A stretch of 64,000 nucleotides of DNA from a virus (Duplodnaviria > Caudoviricetes). Position numbers and translations under genes: made by a program. Location of the stretch: the IMG/VR virus record IMGVR_UViG_3300033121_001571; one strand, 5' to 3'. The notes below the pieces were generated by a model. It saw only the letters and a program-made list of their open reading frames with translations. It searched no databases and was not told where the DNA came from. Position 1 is the first letter of the stretch; each line of letters starts with the position of its first letter. Shown piece after piece: positions 1-10,418 of the stretch.

Positions 1-77
1 ATCTAACTGATCTAACTGATCTAACTGATCTAACTGATCTAACTGATCTAACTGATCTAACTGATCTAACTGATCTA
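1..77. repeat. 9-bp tandem repeat (ATCTAACTG) x8+, truncated by window edge
   Basis: Eight exact copies at 1-72 plus a partial copy; degenerate CTAGAT/TAACT units continue to ~185. Confidence 0.95.
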
Positions 78-263
78 TAACTGATACAAATGCAGATCTA
101 TCTGTTACTAATAGTCTAAAATAGATACTAGATCTGATCTAAGATACTAGATTAACTAGATTAACTGAAATAACTAAATAACTAGCGGGTCGCGCGAGCG
201 CGCGCGCCCGAGATACTTGCTTCAAATTTGAACATTTGCATTTGTGTTAATAAACATTAGTTC

Positions 264-2156
264 ATGTTTAATGTGAAGATGTTTTCAAAAGAAGTTCAGA
301 TAAATGCTGATACGCAAATAGTATTTGTATCTGATTTCTTTGTAGACGATTATGTTGGAGGTGCAGAGTTAACTACACAAGCGCTTATTGATGAATGCAA
401 GTACAAGTATGTTAAAATTCGATCATCAGAAGTTACACTATCAACTATAGAAAGTGGAAAAAATTGTTACTGGATATTTGGAAATTTCACTCAACTCAAT
501 CCACAGATTATTCCAGCTATCGTAGCTAACTTGAACTATTCTGTCTTAGAATTTGATTTTAAGTTCTGTAAATTTAGACTACCAGAACTACACGTTAAAC
601 AAACAGGATTTTGTGACTGTGATCAACATGTTACTGGAAAGGTCATTTCTGCATTCCTGTATGGCGCAAGAAGTGTTTTTTGGATGTCAGAAAAACAGCA
701 AGAAATTTATATGCAACGTTTTCCGTTTCTTCTAGAGAAAGAAAATATTGTTATCTCAAGCATCTTTAGTAAAGATACTCTAAAGCTGATAAAGTCACTA
801 TCCAACAATCAAAAAAATGATACGTGGGTAGTTTTGGGATCAAATTCTTGGGTAAAAGGATTTGAAAACGCAGAAGAATATTGTAAAAAGAACAATCTTA
901 AGTATGAAGTTGTGTGGAACATTCCATATAACGATTTGCTTAAAAAATTAAGTCAGTCAAAAGGATTTGTCTATCTACCTAATGGTTCAGACACTTGCCC
1001 TAGAATGGTGATTGAAGCAAAATTACTTGGATGTGATCTAATTCTAAACGAGTTTGTTTTGCATTCAAATGAACAATGGTTTTCAAACAACGAACAAATC
1101 TATGATTATTTGTTTGCATCACCAAATTATTTTTGGACAATCATTGATTCAAATATGACTTACAAAGCAAGTATCAGCGGTTATACAACGGTTTTGAACT
1201 GTAACAACCAACAATATCCTTTCAAACAATGCATACAAAGCATGTTAGATTTTTGTGATGAAGTTTGTGTTGTTGACGGTGGTTCAACTGATGGAACTTA
1301 TGAAGAATTAGTTGAGTGGGCCAATAAAGAACCAAAAATCGTACTTAAACAAGTAACCAGAGATTGGTCATCTCCACGCTATGCTGTGTTTGATGGTATG
1401 CAAAAAGCAGAAGCAAGATCTATGTGTACAAAAGAATTTTGTTGGCAAATGGATTGTGACGAAATTGTGCACGAAAAGGACTATGCAAAGATATTTGACA
1501 TGTGTAAATCACTGCCTCACGACATCGATGTCATATCGCTACCTGTTGTAGAATATTGGGGGTCATACGAAAAAGTTAGAGTTGATATCCAGCCATGGAA
1601 ATGGAGACTGTCAAGAAACAATCCTGACATAACTCATGGTATTCCCTCAGAATTAAGAAAATACGACAAAGAAGGTAACTTGTTTGCTATGCCAGGAACA
1701 GACGGTTGTGATATGATTTCTAAATCTTCTGGGGAAAGAATTCCTCATCTTTCTTTCTATAGACAAGAAGTAGAAGAAGCAAGACACGCAGCGATGGACG
1801 GGAATCAAGCTGCACTTGGTGCTTATAATGCCTGGTTCAACGAAGTAATTAACAACCTCCCTAGCGTTTACCACTATAGTTGGTTTAACTTAGATAGAAA
1901 GATCAAGCTTTACAAAAATTATTGGACGAAACATTGGTTAAGTCTTTGGAATTGTGATCTCGGTGATACTTCTGAAAATAATATGTTTTTTGATATGCCA
2001 TGGGCTGAAGTAACTGATGATATGATAAGAGAAAAAGCAGAACAGTTAAAACAGATTGGTGGATGGATTTTCCACAAAAAGTGGGATGGTACTGTTACTC
2101 CACATATCAAAGTAAACGTAACTCCGCCAAAGCACGCACAGGAATTCTTCAAATGA
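264..2156 (+). CDS. Bifunctional glycosyltransferase (GT-B/GT4-like N-half + GT2 C-half)
   Basis: VGGAE and DTCPRMVIEAKLLGC (GT-B); VVDGGSTDGT and QMDCDE DxD motif (GT2). Confidence 0.85.
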   Translation: MFNVKMFSKEVQINADTQIVFVSDFFVDDYVGGAELTTQALIDECKYKYVKIRSSEVTLSTIESGKNCYWIFGNFTQLNPQIIPAIVANLNYSVLEFDFKFCKFRLPELHVKQTGFCDCDQHVTGKVISAFLYGARSVFWMSEKQQEIYMQRFPFLLEKENIVISSIFSKDTLKLIKSLSNNQKNDTWVVLGSNSWVKGFENAEEYCKKNNLKYEVVWNIPYNDLLKKLSQSKGFVYLPNGSDTCPRMVIEAKLLGCDLILNEFVLHSNEQWFSNNEQIYDYLFASPNYFWTIIDSNMTYKASISGYTTVLNCNNQQYPFKQCIQSMLDFCDEVCVVDGGSTDGTYEELVEWANKEPKIVLKQVTRDWSSPRYAVFDGMQKAEARSMCTKEFCWQMDCDEIVHEKDYAKIFDMCKSLPHDIDVISLPVVEYWGSYEKVRVDIQPWKWRLSRNNPDITHGIPSELRKYDKEGNLFAMPGTDGCDMISKSSGERIPHLSFYRQEVEEARHAAMDGNQAALGAYNAWFNEVINNLPSVYHYSWFNLDRKIKLYKNYWTKHWLSLWNCDLGDTSENNMFFDMPWAEVTDDMIREKAEQLKQIGGWIFHKKWDGTVTPHIKVNVTPPKHAQEFFK

Positions 2157-2380
2157 AAAGAAAAGTGTTTCTCATAACTCCAGGTAATCATAAAGACTTA
2201 ATTGAGAAAGATCTTTTTCGCAGAAATGAAGAATTATGTGATCAGATTTCACAAGCAATTTCTGCAGTTTACTACTCTGCGGGTAATTCACAATCTGAAG
2301 AGACAAAAAAAGTAATTCAGATGTGCATGCACAATGGTAAACTTGTTGAGTATAGAAAACTAAATAATGAAAACTGTTAA
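2153..2380 (+). CDS. Small hypothetical protein (MKRKVFLITPG...)
   Basis: ATG overlaps the upstream stop (ATGA); fills the gap in a tightly coupled operon. Confidence 0.6.
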   Translation: MKRKVFLITPGNHKDLIEKDLFRRNEELCDQISQAISAVYYSAGNSQSEETKKVIQMCMHNGKLVEYRKLNNENC

Positions 2381-3116
2381 CATCAATCAAAAACTCTCTG
2401 ACATTGGCATAATTGTTTCTGATATTTCTCTTGGTGAATTTGATTACTTTGGAGAGTTCACTGCTAAACGACAACGTGATCAAGGAAATAAAAACTTCAA
2501 AGATGGTGCATTTTATCGTTCAAATTATGAAAGAGGATTGTTGATCTATAACATCATTAGACAGTATGATTTGAAATCCTATCTTGAAATAGGATTTGGA
2601 CGAGGTTACAGCATGTTATGTGCCAAGAAAGCTTTTTATGATTCTGGAATTGACGGTAGAGTGGTAACAATAGATCCTGTCCTTGCTAAGGAATGGCTTG
2701 AAGGACTCACTACTGTTATTCCTCAACAATACATGAAAGACGTAGAATATTGCAAGGGCAAATCTTCAGAAGTTTTACCAAAACTTGGAGATGCAAAGTT
2801 TGATTTTGTGTATATTGATGGTGATCATTCTTATGATGGAACTAAGCTTGATTGGGAACTTGTAAAAGATAAAGCAAGCAAATTTGTGTTATTTGATGAT
2901 TATCATCTTCCATCCAAGACCGATCCAGGTATTCAGTGCCAGAAAGCAATTGATGAAATCAATTGGGATCAAGAAGGATTTGTTGAACCAGAATTAATCA
3001 TCTGTGATAGACAAATATTTCTTGATGACCGCGCAAGAGATTCTAACTTTAGACAAGATCTTGATTATGGAATGGTCCTAACTAACAGGATCGGAGTCAC
3101 TAGAGATGGGTGGTAA
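2367..3116 (+). CDS. Class I SAM-dependent methyltransferase (Methyltransf_24-like)
   Basis: YLEIGFGRGYS motif I; FVYIDGDHSY; VLFDDY. Confidence 0.85.
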   Translation: MKTVNINQKLSDIGIIVSDISLGEFDYFGEFTAKRQRDQGNKNFKDGAFYRSNYERGLLIYNIIRQYDLKSYLEIGFGRGYSMLCAKKAFYDSGIDGRVVTIDPVLAKEWLEGLTTVIPQQYMKDVEYCKGKSSEVLPKLGDAKFDFVYIDGDHSYDGTKLDWELVKDKASKFVLFDDYHLPSKTDPGIQCQKAIDEINWDQEGFVEPELIICDRQIFLDDRARDSNFRQDLDYGMVLTNRIGVTRDGW

Positions 3117-3897
3117 TCACTTTAGATTTGTTGCACCTATGTACAATGCTTCTTCATACCTAGCATCTATGTTAGCATCCATTGTAGCACAAAGTTATAG
3201 TGATTGGAGCCTTATTTTAATAGATGATTGTTCTTCTGAGACTGAGATTAAACAGTCTAAGTCAATAATTTCTGTGTTTAAAGAATTATTGAAGAACTTG
3301 GGTCACGATTCAAATAAAATAGAAGTACATTGGAACAGTGAAAATGGTAGAGGAAAACAGTGGGAAGTTTCTAATGTTCTTTATGGAATAAAGCGTTCAA
3401 AAAACGATGACATAATCTGTAGGATTGATGCCGATGACTGTTTAACAGACATAGATGCTTTACAAATTTTGAATAGTGTATATGATTCCAATTCCATGTA
3501 CGCAGTTTGGACTGCTCACAGATGGGGATTTTCAGATAAAAACATAAGTGGTCCATTGCCAAAAAATGCTGATGTGTACAGTTACCCTTGGGTAAGCAGT
3601 CACTTAAAAACATTTAGAAAATTTCTGATAAATAATGTTCCTATGGAAAATTTCACAAATCAACATAATGAAATTGTCAAGAGGTGCGGGGATCAAGCTA
3701 TCTATCTTCCAGTCTTACACATAGCACAAAGTGATAAAAGATCATTTATTCCTAGGTGTATGTACAGATACACAATAAATGATGTCCCAGAAACTTATCA
3801 GACTGATGATGCTCTTTTTCAAAGATTAGAAGCAGAATTTGTGAGAAGCAGAGGATTTATTTCTAGTGGCGTTCCTTGGGAGTCTGTAATACAGTGA
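3106..3897 (+). CDS. GT2 glycosyltransferase
   Basis: PMYNA...LIDDCS...RIDADD. Confidence 0.85.
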   Translation: MGGNHFRFVAPMYNASSYLASMLASIVAQSYSDWSLILIDDCSSETEIKQSKSIISVFKELLKNLGHDSNKIEVHWNSENGRGKQWEVSNVLYGIKRSKNDDIICRIDADDCLTDIDALQILNSVYDSNSMYAVWTAHRWGFSDKNISGPLPKNADVYSYPWVSSHLKTFRKFLINNVPMENFTNQHNEIVKRCGDQAIYLPVLHIAQSDKRSFIPRCMYRYTINDVPETYQTDDALFQRLEAEFVRSRGFISSGVPWESVIQ

Positions 3898-4781
3898 AAA
3901 TCTATCTTAACAGAAATACGATATTTGGCCCTTGGGGCGGTGGTGCAAAGTTCATAAATTCGTTGCATGAATTTCAGAGAAAGTTAAATTACCAAATCGT
4001 TTCACTTGAACAAAATCCCGACGTCATTTTTATAGCGGGCATGGATAGAGACGGTTCACATATTTCTTTAGAAGAAGCTGTTGAATATAAACGTCATTTT
4101 AAAGATGTGAAGCTAGTTTTTAGAATCAATGAAAATGATGCTAGGAAAAACACATTTCACGTTGATCAACGAATATTACAACACCTTCCCAAGATTGATA
4201 AAGTAGTTTATGTATCAACGTGGTTAAGTGATTATTTCAAATCACGAGGTGCACTTAATACGAATAACAAAGTGATCTTAAATGGTGTTGATAGATCTGT
4301 TTTCAAACCAAGCAACAAATTTGAAAATGGAAAAATAAATGTCATGACGTGTCACTGGTCTGACAATTATCTAAAAGGTCAAGATTATGTTGAATTTATG
4401 GATGATTTTGTTGCAACTAGTGACGAGTTTACTTTCACATACATCGGTAGAACAAAAGCTAACTTAAAACATTCTTCACTTGTTCAACCGCTGTTTGGGA
4501 AATTTTTAGCAGATGAAATTGCTAAATATGATTTGTGCATTAATGCATCTAGGTTTGATCCGGGGCCAAATAGCGTCATTGAACCAATATGTTGTGGGGT
4601 ACCAACGTATGTTCACGTTGACGGCGGCGGCGCAGTAGAGTTTGCTGGAGAAGATCATACATTTGCTTCTTTTGATGATTTGAGAAGTATCTTGAAAAAC
4701 AAGAAATACTCTTTAAACAAAGATTCATTTCTTGATTGGGAGTCATCAATCAAGTCATATATTAATTTCATGAGGGAATAA
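3894..4781 (+). CDS. GT4 (GT-B) glycosyltransferase
   Basis: PWGGG, ILNGVD, SRFDPGPNSVIEPICCGVP; GTG start overlaps upstream stop. Confidence 0.8.
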   Translation: MKIYLNRNTIFGPWGGGAKFINSLHEFQRKLNYQIVSLEQNPDVIFIAGMDRDGSHISLEEAVEYKRHFKDVKLVFRINENDARKNTFHVDQRILQHLPKIDKVVYVSTWLSDYFKSRGALNTNNKVILNGVDRSVFKPSNKFENGKINVMTCHWSDNYLKGQDYVEFMDDFVATSDEFTFTYIGRTKANLKHSSLVQPLFGKFLADEIAKYDLCINASRFDPGPNSVIEPICCGVPTYVHVDGGGAVEFAGEDHTFASFDDLRSILKNKKYSLNKDSFLDWESSIKSYINFMRE

Positions 4782-5152
4782 TGGCTAAATTCGTGACTTT
4801 GTTTGAATCATATATGTCAAGTACTTTGAGAAAAAGCTTTCTTAACAAAGAGATAACAGTTGACTCACTTCATGAAATCAAGGATGAAATATCTCGTGTT
4901 GTAAAACTTATCTTCGAAAAATCTTCTATGAATCTATCAGACACTACTATAAACTGGATCTCAGAGCAATATTTCAAAATCACAAAAATATCAAAAGATC
5001 TTCACGTAAAAGAGTTAGTAGTGATGAATGAACACCAAACGTCTGAAATTCCAGACACAGATCTGTTGTTACTGACTAACATTTTTGCAGGTACACAATT
5101 TTCTGTTATGTTAGAAAGCGAACTTCACAAGAGAAACATCAAAAATGACTGA
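4781..5152 (+). CDS. Hypothetical protein, paralog of 5145-5513
   Basis: Coupled ORF; LSDTTINWISEQYF resembles LSNESVNWIAQCYY in the next gene. Confidence 0.65.
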   Translation: MAKFVTLFESYMSSTLRKSFLNKEITVDSLHEIKDEISRVVKLIFEKSSMNLSDTTINWISEQYFKITKISKDLHVKELVVMNEHQTSEIPDTDLLLLTNIFAGTQFSVMLESELHKRNIKND

Positions 5153-5513
5153 TCAAATACCAGAATCAAAATTAGAAAAAGCGCTTGAAACACTTATTTT
5201 GACAAATGTCACTAATACGTTTATGTATGAAAAATTGAATAGAACTACTTGTCTTCAGATATATGGAATGATTTTTAACTTAGTTTCTGAAACAGTGCAA
5301 TCAGCTTCTTTAAGCAATGAATCAGTTAATTGGATAGCACAATGTTATTATGATTCAATCATTATTTCAAATAACACACCTTTAGATCCTCGCATCTTCA
5401 CACAAAGAGCGTTTCTTAAAAACATAGATACACAAGAATTGAAATTAATGTATCTTATGTTCAGAGGTTCAGAGATGGGAATTTCCATTGGCACTGAACT
5501 ACGTAATAGATGA
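5145..5513 (+). CDS. Hypothetical protein, paralog of 4781-5152
   Basis: Coupled ORF with the shared motif. Confidence 0.65.
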   Translation: MTDQIPESKLEKALETLILTNVTNTFMYEKLNRTTCLQIYGMIFNLVSETVQSASLSNESVNWIAQCYYDSIIISNNTPLDPRIFTQRAFLKNIDTQELKLMYLMFRGSEMGISIGTELRNR

Positions 5514-6445
5514 AGATTCATTTTGATAACGTTGATTGGTCAAGCACGACTGGTCCAAATTCTTTTGCATCTACGCTTGGAAAATGTTTAATCGACAAAG
5601 GGCATATTCTTGTAGACGATGGTCCGTCTGCTGACATATCACTAATTTTTATTGAAAAGTCTGGAAAAGCGTTAGCAAATAAAACAGTACAGAGATTAGA
5701 TGGATTTTGGTTTAAACCGTCTGACGTAAGTAAGAACATTAACATACTCAACACATATGTGAATGCTGATAAAGTTGTATTTCAATCTATGTTTGATCTG
5801 GAGTTTTTCCGAAAAGTATTTAAGGAATTTGATGTAACAAAGAGTACAGTGATCAGAAATGGTACATTTATCAAACGATTTTACGAATCAGAAACAATAC
5901 CTGAAATTTCTGAGTTAAGAAAAAAGTATAATCACATCTTTGTATCTTCTTCAAATTGGCACAGGCAAAAAAGACTTAAAGAAAATATGCAGTTATTTGA
6001 ACAACTAAAACACAGATATCACAATAGTTGTTTAGTTGTGTTAGGAAATAACATTGACGTAAGACCAACATCGGCAAATGTTTTACTCGCTGGTTCACAA
6101 TCTCAAGAAATTTGCATGCAGTTGTATGCTGCTGCTGATTGGATGATTCATCTAGCGTGGTTAGACCACTGTCCCAATGTGGTTGTTCACGCTTTATCTC
6201 AAGAAACCCCAGTCATATGTTCATCTTCTGGTGGTACTAAAGAGCTTGTGAAAAATTTTGGACACATATTGTTTGAAGAAGCTGAGTTTGATTTTCAACT
6301 TGTTGATTATGATAAACCACCAGAGATAGACTTAACACAAGTAGAATACTTGTCTGATGTATCTGGAAAAGATCATGAAAATGTTGATATAAGTGTTGTT
6401 ACTGATCGTTACATTTCTGTGTTTGAAAATACACTAAAACAATGA
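5510..6445 (+). CDS. GT4 glycosyltransferase
   Basis: TGPNSF, VIRNG, DHCPNVVVHALSQETPVICSSSGG. Confidence 0.8.
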   Translation: MKIHFDNVDWSSTTGPNSFASTLGKCLIDKGHILVDDGPSADISLIFIEKSGKALANKTVQRLDGFWFKPSDVSKNINILNTYVNADKVVFQSMFDLEFFRKVFKEFDVTKSTVIRNGTFIKRFYESETIPEISELRKKYNHIFVSSSNWHRQKRLKENMQLFEQLKHRYHNSCLVVLGNNIDVRPTSANVLLAGSQSQEICMQLYAAADWMIHLAWLDHCPNVVVHALSQETPVICSSSGGTKELVKNFGHILFEEAEFDFQLVDYDKPPEIDLTQVEYLSDVSGKDHENVDISVVTDRYISVFENTLKQ

Positions 6446-7353
6446 AAGTTTACGTTCTCCCGCCAAATGAGTCTTGGATAGTTGATAGATTTGTTAAAGA
6501 GTGGTATGAAGACAATTCTGATATTTCAACTCTAGATTTAGAGCAGGCTTCAGTGATATGGTTATTGAGTGATTGGTGTTGGAGACAAATCGATTATTCT
6601 TTGTTGAAGAGAAAGAAAGTACTCACAACAGTACATCACATAGTAAAAGAAAAATTTGGTGCTGCTGAGTTAAATGACTTCTTGGAAAGAGACAAGATCA
6701 CAACAGCATATCACGTGTATAATCAACACACAAAAGCGTTTGTTGAAAATTTAACTAAAAAACCTGTTCACTTAGTGAAGTATTGGGCCAACAACAAGAT
6801 TTGGAAAAAATCACATCTATCAATAGCAAATTTGAAATCTAAGTACAAACTTCCTGCGAATAAGTACTTGATTGGTTCTTTTCAAAGAGACACAGAAGGC
6901 GCTGGTATAAGCCGCGGTGTTTTTTTACCTAAGCTTGAAAAAGGGCCAGATCTTTTTGCGGATTATGTAGAGAACTTGGTAAAGACGCGAGAAGACACAC
7001 ACGTAATTCTTTGTGGGTGGCGTAGACAGTACCTAGTAAACAGACTAAAAGATATTTCTGTGCCATTCTCGTATTTAGAGTTACCGTCTCAAGACATAGT
7101 AAATGAATTGTACCAAACGCTGGATCTTTATGTTGTGTCTTCACGTTGTGAAGGCGGTCCACAAGCATTAATTGAATGTGGGTTATTGAATGTACCAACT
7201 ATATCACGAAATGTTGGAATAGCAACACAAGTATTAGAACAAGATTCTGTTAATGATGATCTGACGAAAGCTTTGCCTTCTGTACCAAATGTAGATGCAA
7301 TGAAATTACCTCATGGATATGTTCCATACAGAAAGTTGTTAGAGGCATTATGA
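6442..7353 (+). CDS. GT4 glycosyltransferase
   Basis: EKGPD; SRCEGGPQALIECGLLNVP (E-X7-E motif). Confidence 0.85.
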   Translation: MKVYVLPPNESWIVDRFVKEWYEDNSDISTLDLEQASVIWLLSDWCWRQIDYSLLKRKKVLTTVHHIVKEKFGAAELNDFLERDKITTAYHVYNQHTKAFVENLTKKPVHLVKYWANNKIWKKSHLSIANLKSKYKLPANKYLIGSFQRDTEGAGISRGVFLPKLEKGPDLFADYVENLVKTREDTHVILCGWRRQYLVNRLKDISVPFSYLELPSQDIVNELYQTLDLYVVSSRCEGGPQALIECGLLNVPTISRNVGIATQVLEQDSVNDDLTKALPSVPNVDAMKLPHGYVPYRKLLEAL

Positions 7354-8153
7354 TGTACGATAATATCTGTTTTTTGTTAGTCACTTGTTGTTTAGAGAAA
7401 ACTCGCTCTGATTTACTAAAAAAAGTAGTAGATAATCTTTTGTCAGAATTTCCAGAAGCTGTATCAAGAGTTTGTGTTTTTGATAATGCGTCTACGCAAG
7501 ATGTTAGTTGTTTAACGAAGTTTTCTAATTATTACAAGTGTGAAACAAATGTAGGATATTGGTCAGCTATTGATTGGTGGTTGAGATCAGGACTAGCTGA
7601 TAAACGTTACTCGTATATCATAGAATCAGATCTGATACATCATGATTTTTTCATGCTGAACAATTGTTCAGATCTTTTAGATCACAGAGATGACATAGGT
7701 GCAGTAAGAGTTCATGAATATTCTGTTGAAAACAAACATTTATACGACAAAGACAATCCAGTTAAAGGTTCTAAGAAAAACGCTTGGAGATCTCACACTA
7801 ACAAAGTAACAAATGAAAAAGTTACTTTAACACAAATTAAAGATAAGTTATTTGAATCTAATTTCTTAACACACCTGCCCGCGTTGAATAGAACAAGTTG
7901 TTTGCTTGATTGTTTTGATAAACTTAAGAATAAAGATTTTTGTGAACTAGATTTTCAAAAATTGTATCATGATCACTATCAAAAAATAGCAGTTTTAGAC
8001 GGTGGTATTTTTGTTGATAATGCTGGATTCGAATCTGGATTAATAACTGGTTCGTGGACATCTCAATCAACGCTTGATAAGATTGGGTACAAAAACACTC
8101 GATTTACTAGATTAGTTGACACCAGTGAAATTAAGGTTCAAAAGTTACACTGA
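7350..8153 (+). CDS. Putative GT-A glycosyltransferase
   Basis: VFDNAST, NVGYW, IIESD motifs. Confidence 0.6.
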   Translation: MMYDNICFLLVTCCLEKTRSDLLKKVVDNLLSEFPEAVSRVCVFDNASTQDVSCLTKFSNYYKCETNVGYWSAIDWWLRSGLADKRYSYIIESDLIHHDFFMLNNCSDLLDHRDDIGAVRVHEYSVENKHLYDKDNPVKGSKKNAWRSHTNKVTNEKVTLTQIKDKLFESNFLTHLPALNRTSCLLDCFDKLKNKDFCELDFQKLYHDHYQKIAVLDGGIFVDNAGFESGLITGSWTSQSTLDKIGYKNTRFTRLVDTSEIKVQKLH

Positions 8154-8196
8154 ACGTTCATTATACAAAATGCTTTGTTATGTGTAAGATACTTGA

Positions 8197-9267
8197 GTGA
8201 AATATCTGATTGTTGGTGGAACTGGGTCTCTGGGACAAAAACTTGTAAAAAAATTGATCAGCAATGATCAATATGTTTCTGTTTACTCTAGAGATGAAGC
8301 AAAACAGTGGACATTTCGAAATGAACTTAGAAATTCAGACTTATCAGAAAATGCTGATCTATATTACAGATCTCACATAGGTGACGTGAGAGATAAATCT
8401 AGACTACAAGAGGTTATCAGAAGATTTGAACCAAATGTGATAATTGTTGCTTCAGCTCTTAAGCACGTAGAGACTTGTGAATATGCTCCAGTTGAAAGCA
8501 TCAAAACTAACACTATAGGAGTTCAAAATGTCATTGACATAGTCAACGAAGAAGACACTAATGTTGAAAAAGTCTTATTAGTCAGCACTGACAAAGCGTG
8601 TTCTCCAATAAACGTTTACGGTATGTCAAAAGCAATATCAGAAAGATTGATCACAAGCCAGTGTATAGCTGGAAAACGATCTGTAAATTACCTTTGTGTG
8701 AGATATGGAAATGTGTTAGAAAGTAGAGGAAGTATAATTCCACTATTTAAACACCAAATTAAGAATTCAAGTGAACTAACTGTCACAGATCCTAATATGA
8801 CAAGATTCATAATGACGTTAGATCAAAGTGTAAACTTGATTCTTAACACGCTAAAACACGGCAATTCTGGTGAGACTTGGGTACCAAAGTTACCCTCTAT
8901 GAAAATCATAGATCTAGCTGAAATATTTTCTCAGATGTTTAACAAAAAAATCAAGATAGTCGGAATTAGACCTGGCGAAAAGATACATGAAGATCTATTG
9001 AATGATTCTGAGATCACAAGAACAAGATTAACAAATGTGTATGGAGATTACTATGTGTTAAATAGTTCTATTTTAGCAACGCAATCTTTCAAAGATTTGA
9101 ATAACGCTTATACTAGTAACAACAAAGAAAGTCTTCTTGACAAAGATCAACTTCACAGTTTACTAGTGAAATACGGTGTTTTAAACATGCAACTTGAAGA
9201 TTTTCATGGTAGAAAAATAGAAGAAATTTTAGATGCAAGCGTCGTCTCACTGGGAGAAAATAAGTGA
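8197..9267 (+). CDS. UDP-GlcNAc 4,6-dehydratase/epimerase (PseB/FnlA/CapD family)
   Basis: GGTGSLG, SRDEAKQ, ALKHV, STDKAC, YGMSK, RYGNVLESRGS, GIRPGEKIHE. Confidence 0.92.
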   Translation: MKYLIVGGTGSLGQKLVKKLISNDQYVSVYSRDEAKQWTFRNELRNSDLSENADLYYRSHIGDVRDKSRLQEVIRRFEPNVIIVASALKHVETCEYAPVESIKTNTIGVQNVIDIVNEEDTNVEKVLLVSTDKACSPINVYGMSKAISERLITSQCIAGKRSVNYLCVRYGNVLESRGSIIPLFKHQIKNSSELTVTDPNMTRFIMTLDQSVNLILNTLKHGNSGETWVPKLPSMKIIDLAEIFSQMFNKKIKIVGIRPGEKIHEDLLNDSEITRTRLTNVYGDYYVLNSSILATQSFKDLNNAYTSNNKESLLDKDQLHSLLVKYGVLNMQLEDFHGRKIEEILDASVVSLGENK

Positions 9268-10418
9268 AAATATATCCTCTGTTTAAGCCACACGTTGTAA
9301 CTCAAAGCGCGGTAGAAAAATTATCTAAAGTCTTAGATTCAGGTTATCTTAATGAAGGTGTGCAAGTCACTGAATTTAAAAAAGAACTTGCAAATTTATT
9401 CGGTCTTTCAACGAGGAAATTAACGTTAACAAACAGTTGCACTTCAGCACTTACTTTAGCGCTTAAAGCATCAGGAGTAGTACCAGGATCAAAAGTCATA
9501 ACAACAGCTATGACGTGCGTTGCAACAAATACACCTATTGTAACCGCTGGTGCTCGTCCAGTGTGGGCAGATGTTGATCCAGAAACTGGTATGTTAACTG
9601 TTGAAAGCATCAATAAAGTCTTAACTCCTGAAGTAAAAGCTGTCGTTGTTGTAGCGTGGGCAGGATCTCCTCCCGAGCTAGATGTTTTATATGACTTTTG
9701 TCAACGTAAGAATGTGAAACTAATATTAGACGCTGCACATGCTTTTGGTGCAAAGTATCACAATAAACAAATTCATCACTGGGCAGATATGACATGTTAT
9801 TCATTTCAAGCTATTAAACACATTACTACGGGAGACGGCGGCGCGATTGTTTGTAATTCAGAAGAATCTCAATCGTTAGTAGAACGATTAAAATGGTTTG
9901 GTTTAGACAGAGATTCATCAAAAGATGAAAAGGGAGATTGGAAAGGTCAACAATGGGACGTTGACATACTAGACGCTGGATACAAATTTAATATGAACAA
10001 CATTTCTGCAGCAATTGGGTTATCGCAGATACCTCACGTTGAAAGAATATTGAACACTCATAAAGCAAATGCAAAACAATATGATAAGTTGTTTGAAAAC
10101 GACAATGTCGTTCGTCCTCTTAAGCAATATAGAGGTGCTGAATCTAGTTATTGGGTTTATACTGTTAGGCTAAGGAAAACTTCTTCTAATATGACAAGAG
10201 ATCATTTAGTAAAAGTCTTGAACCAAGAAGGAGTCAATGCAGGATTGGTTCATGTTCCAAATCATGATTATACAACGTTCAAAGAATATTATAGATTTTT
10301 ACCTAAGTTGAAAGAGTTTTCAGATAGTCAATTTTCTATTCCGTGTGGATGGTGGTTAACTTCTGCAGATATCACAACAATTTACAACAAAATACAAGAT
10401 GTGTTAAGGTTAGCATGA
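9264..10418 (+). CDS. DegT/DnrJ/EryC1/StrS PLP-dependent sugar aminotransferase
   Basis: NSCTSAL, DAAHAFG, SFQAIKHITTGDGG. Confidence 0.92.
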   Translation: MKIYPLFKPHVVTQSAVEKLSKVLDSGYLNEGVQVTEFKKELANLFGLSTRKLTLTNSCTSALTLALKASGVVPGSKVITTAMTCVATNTPIVTAGARPVWADVDPETGMLTVESINKVLTPEVKAVVVVAWAGSPPELDVLYDFCQRKNVKLILDAAHAFGAKYHNKQIHHWADMTCYSFQAIKHITTGDGGAIVCNSEESQSLVERLKWFGLDRDSSKDEKGDWKGQQWDVDILDAGYKFNMNNISAAIGLSQIPHVERILNTHKANAKQYDKLFENDNVVRPLKQYRGAESSYWVYTVRLRKTSSNMTRDHLVKVLNQEGVNAGLVHVPNHDYTTFKEYYRFLPKLKEFSDSQFSIPCGWWLTSADITTIYNKIQDVLRLA

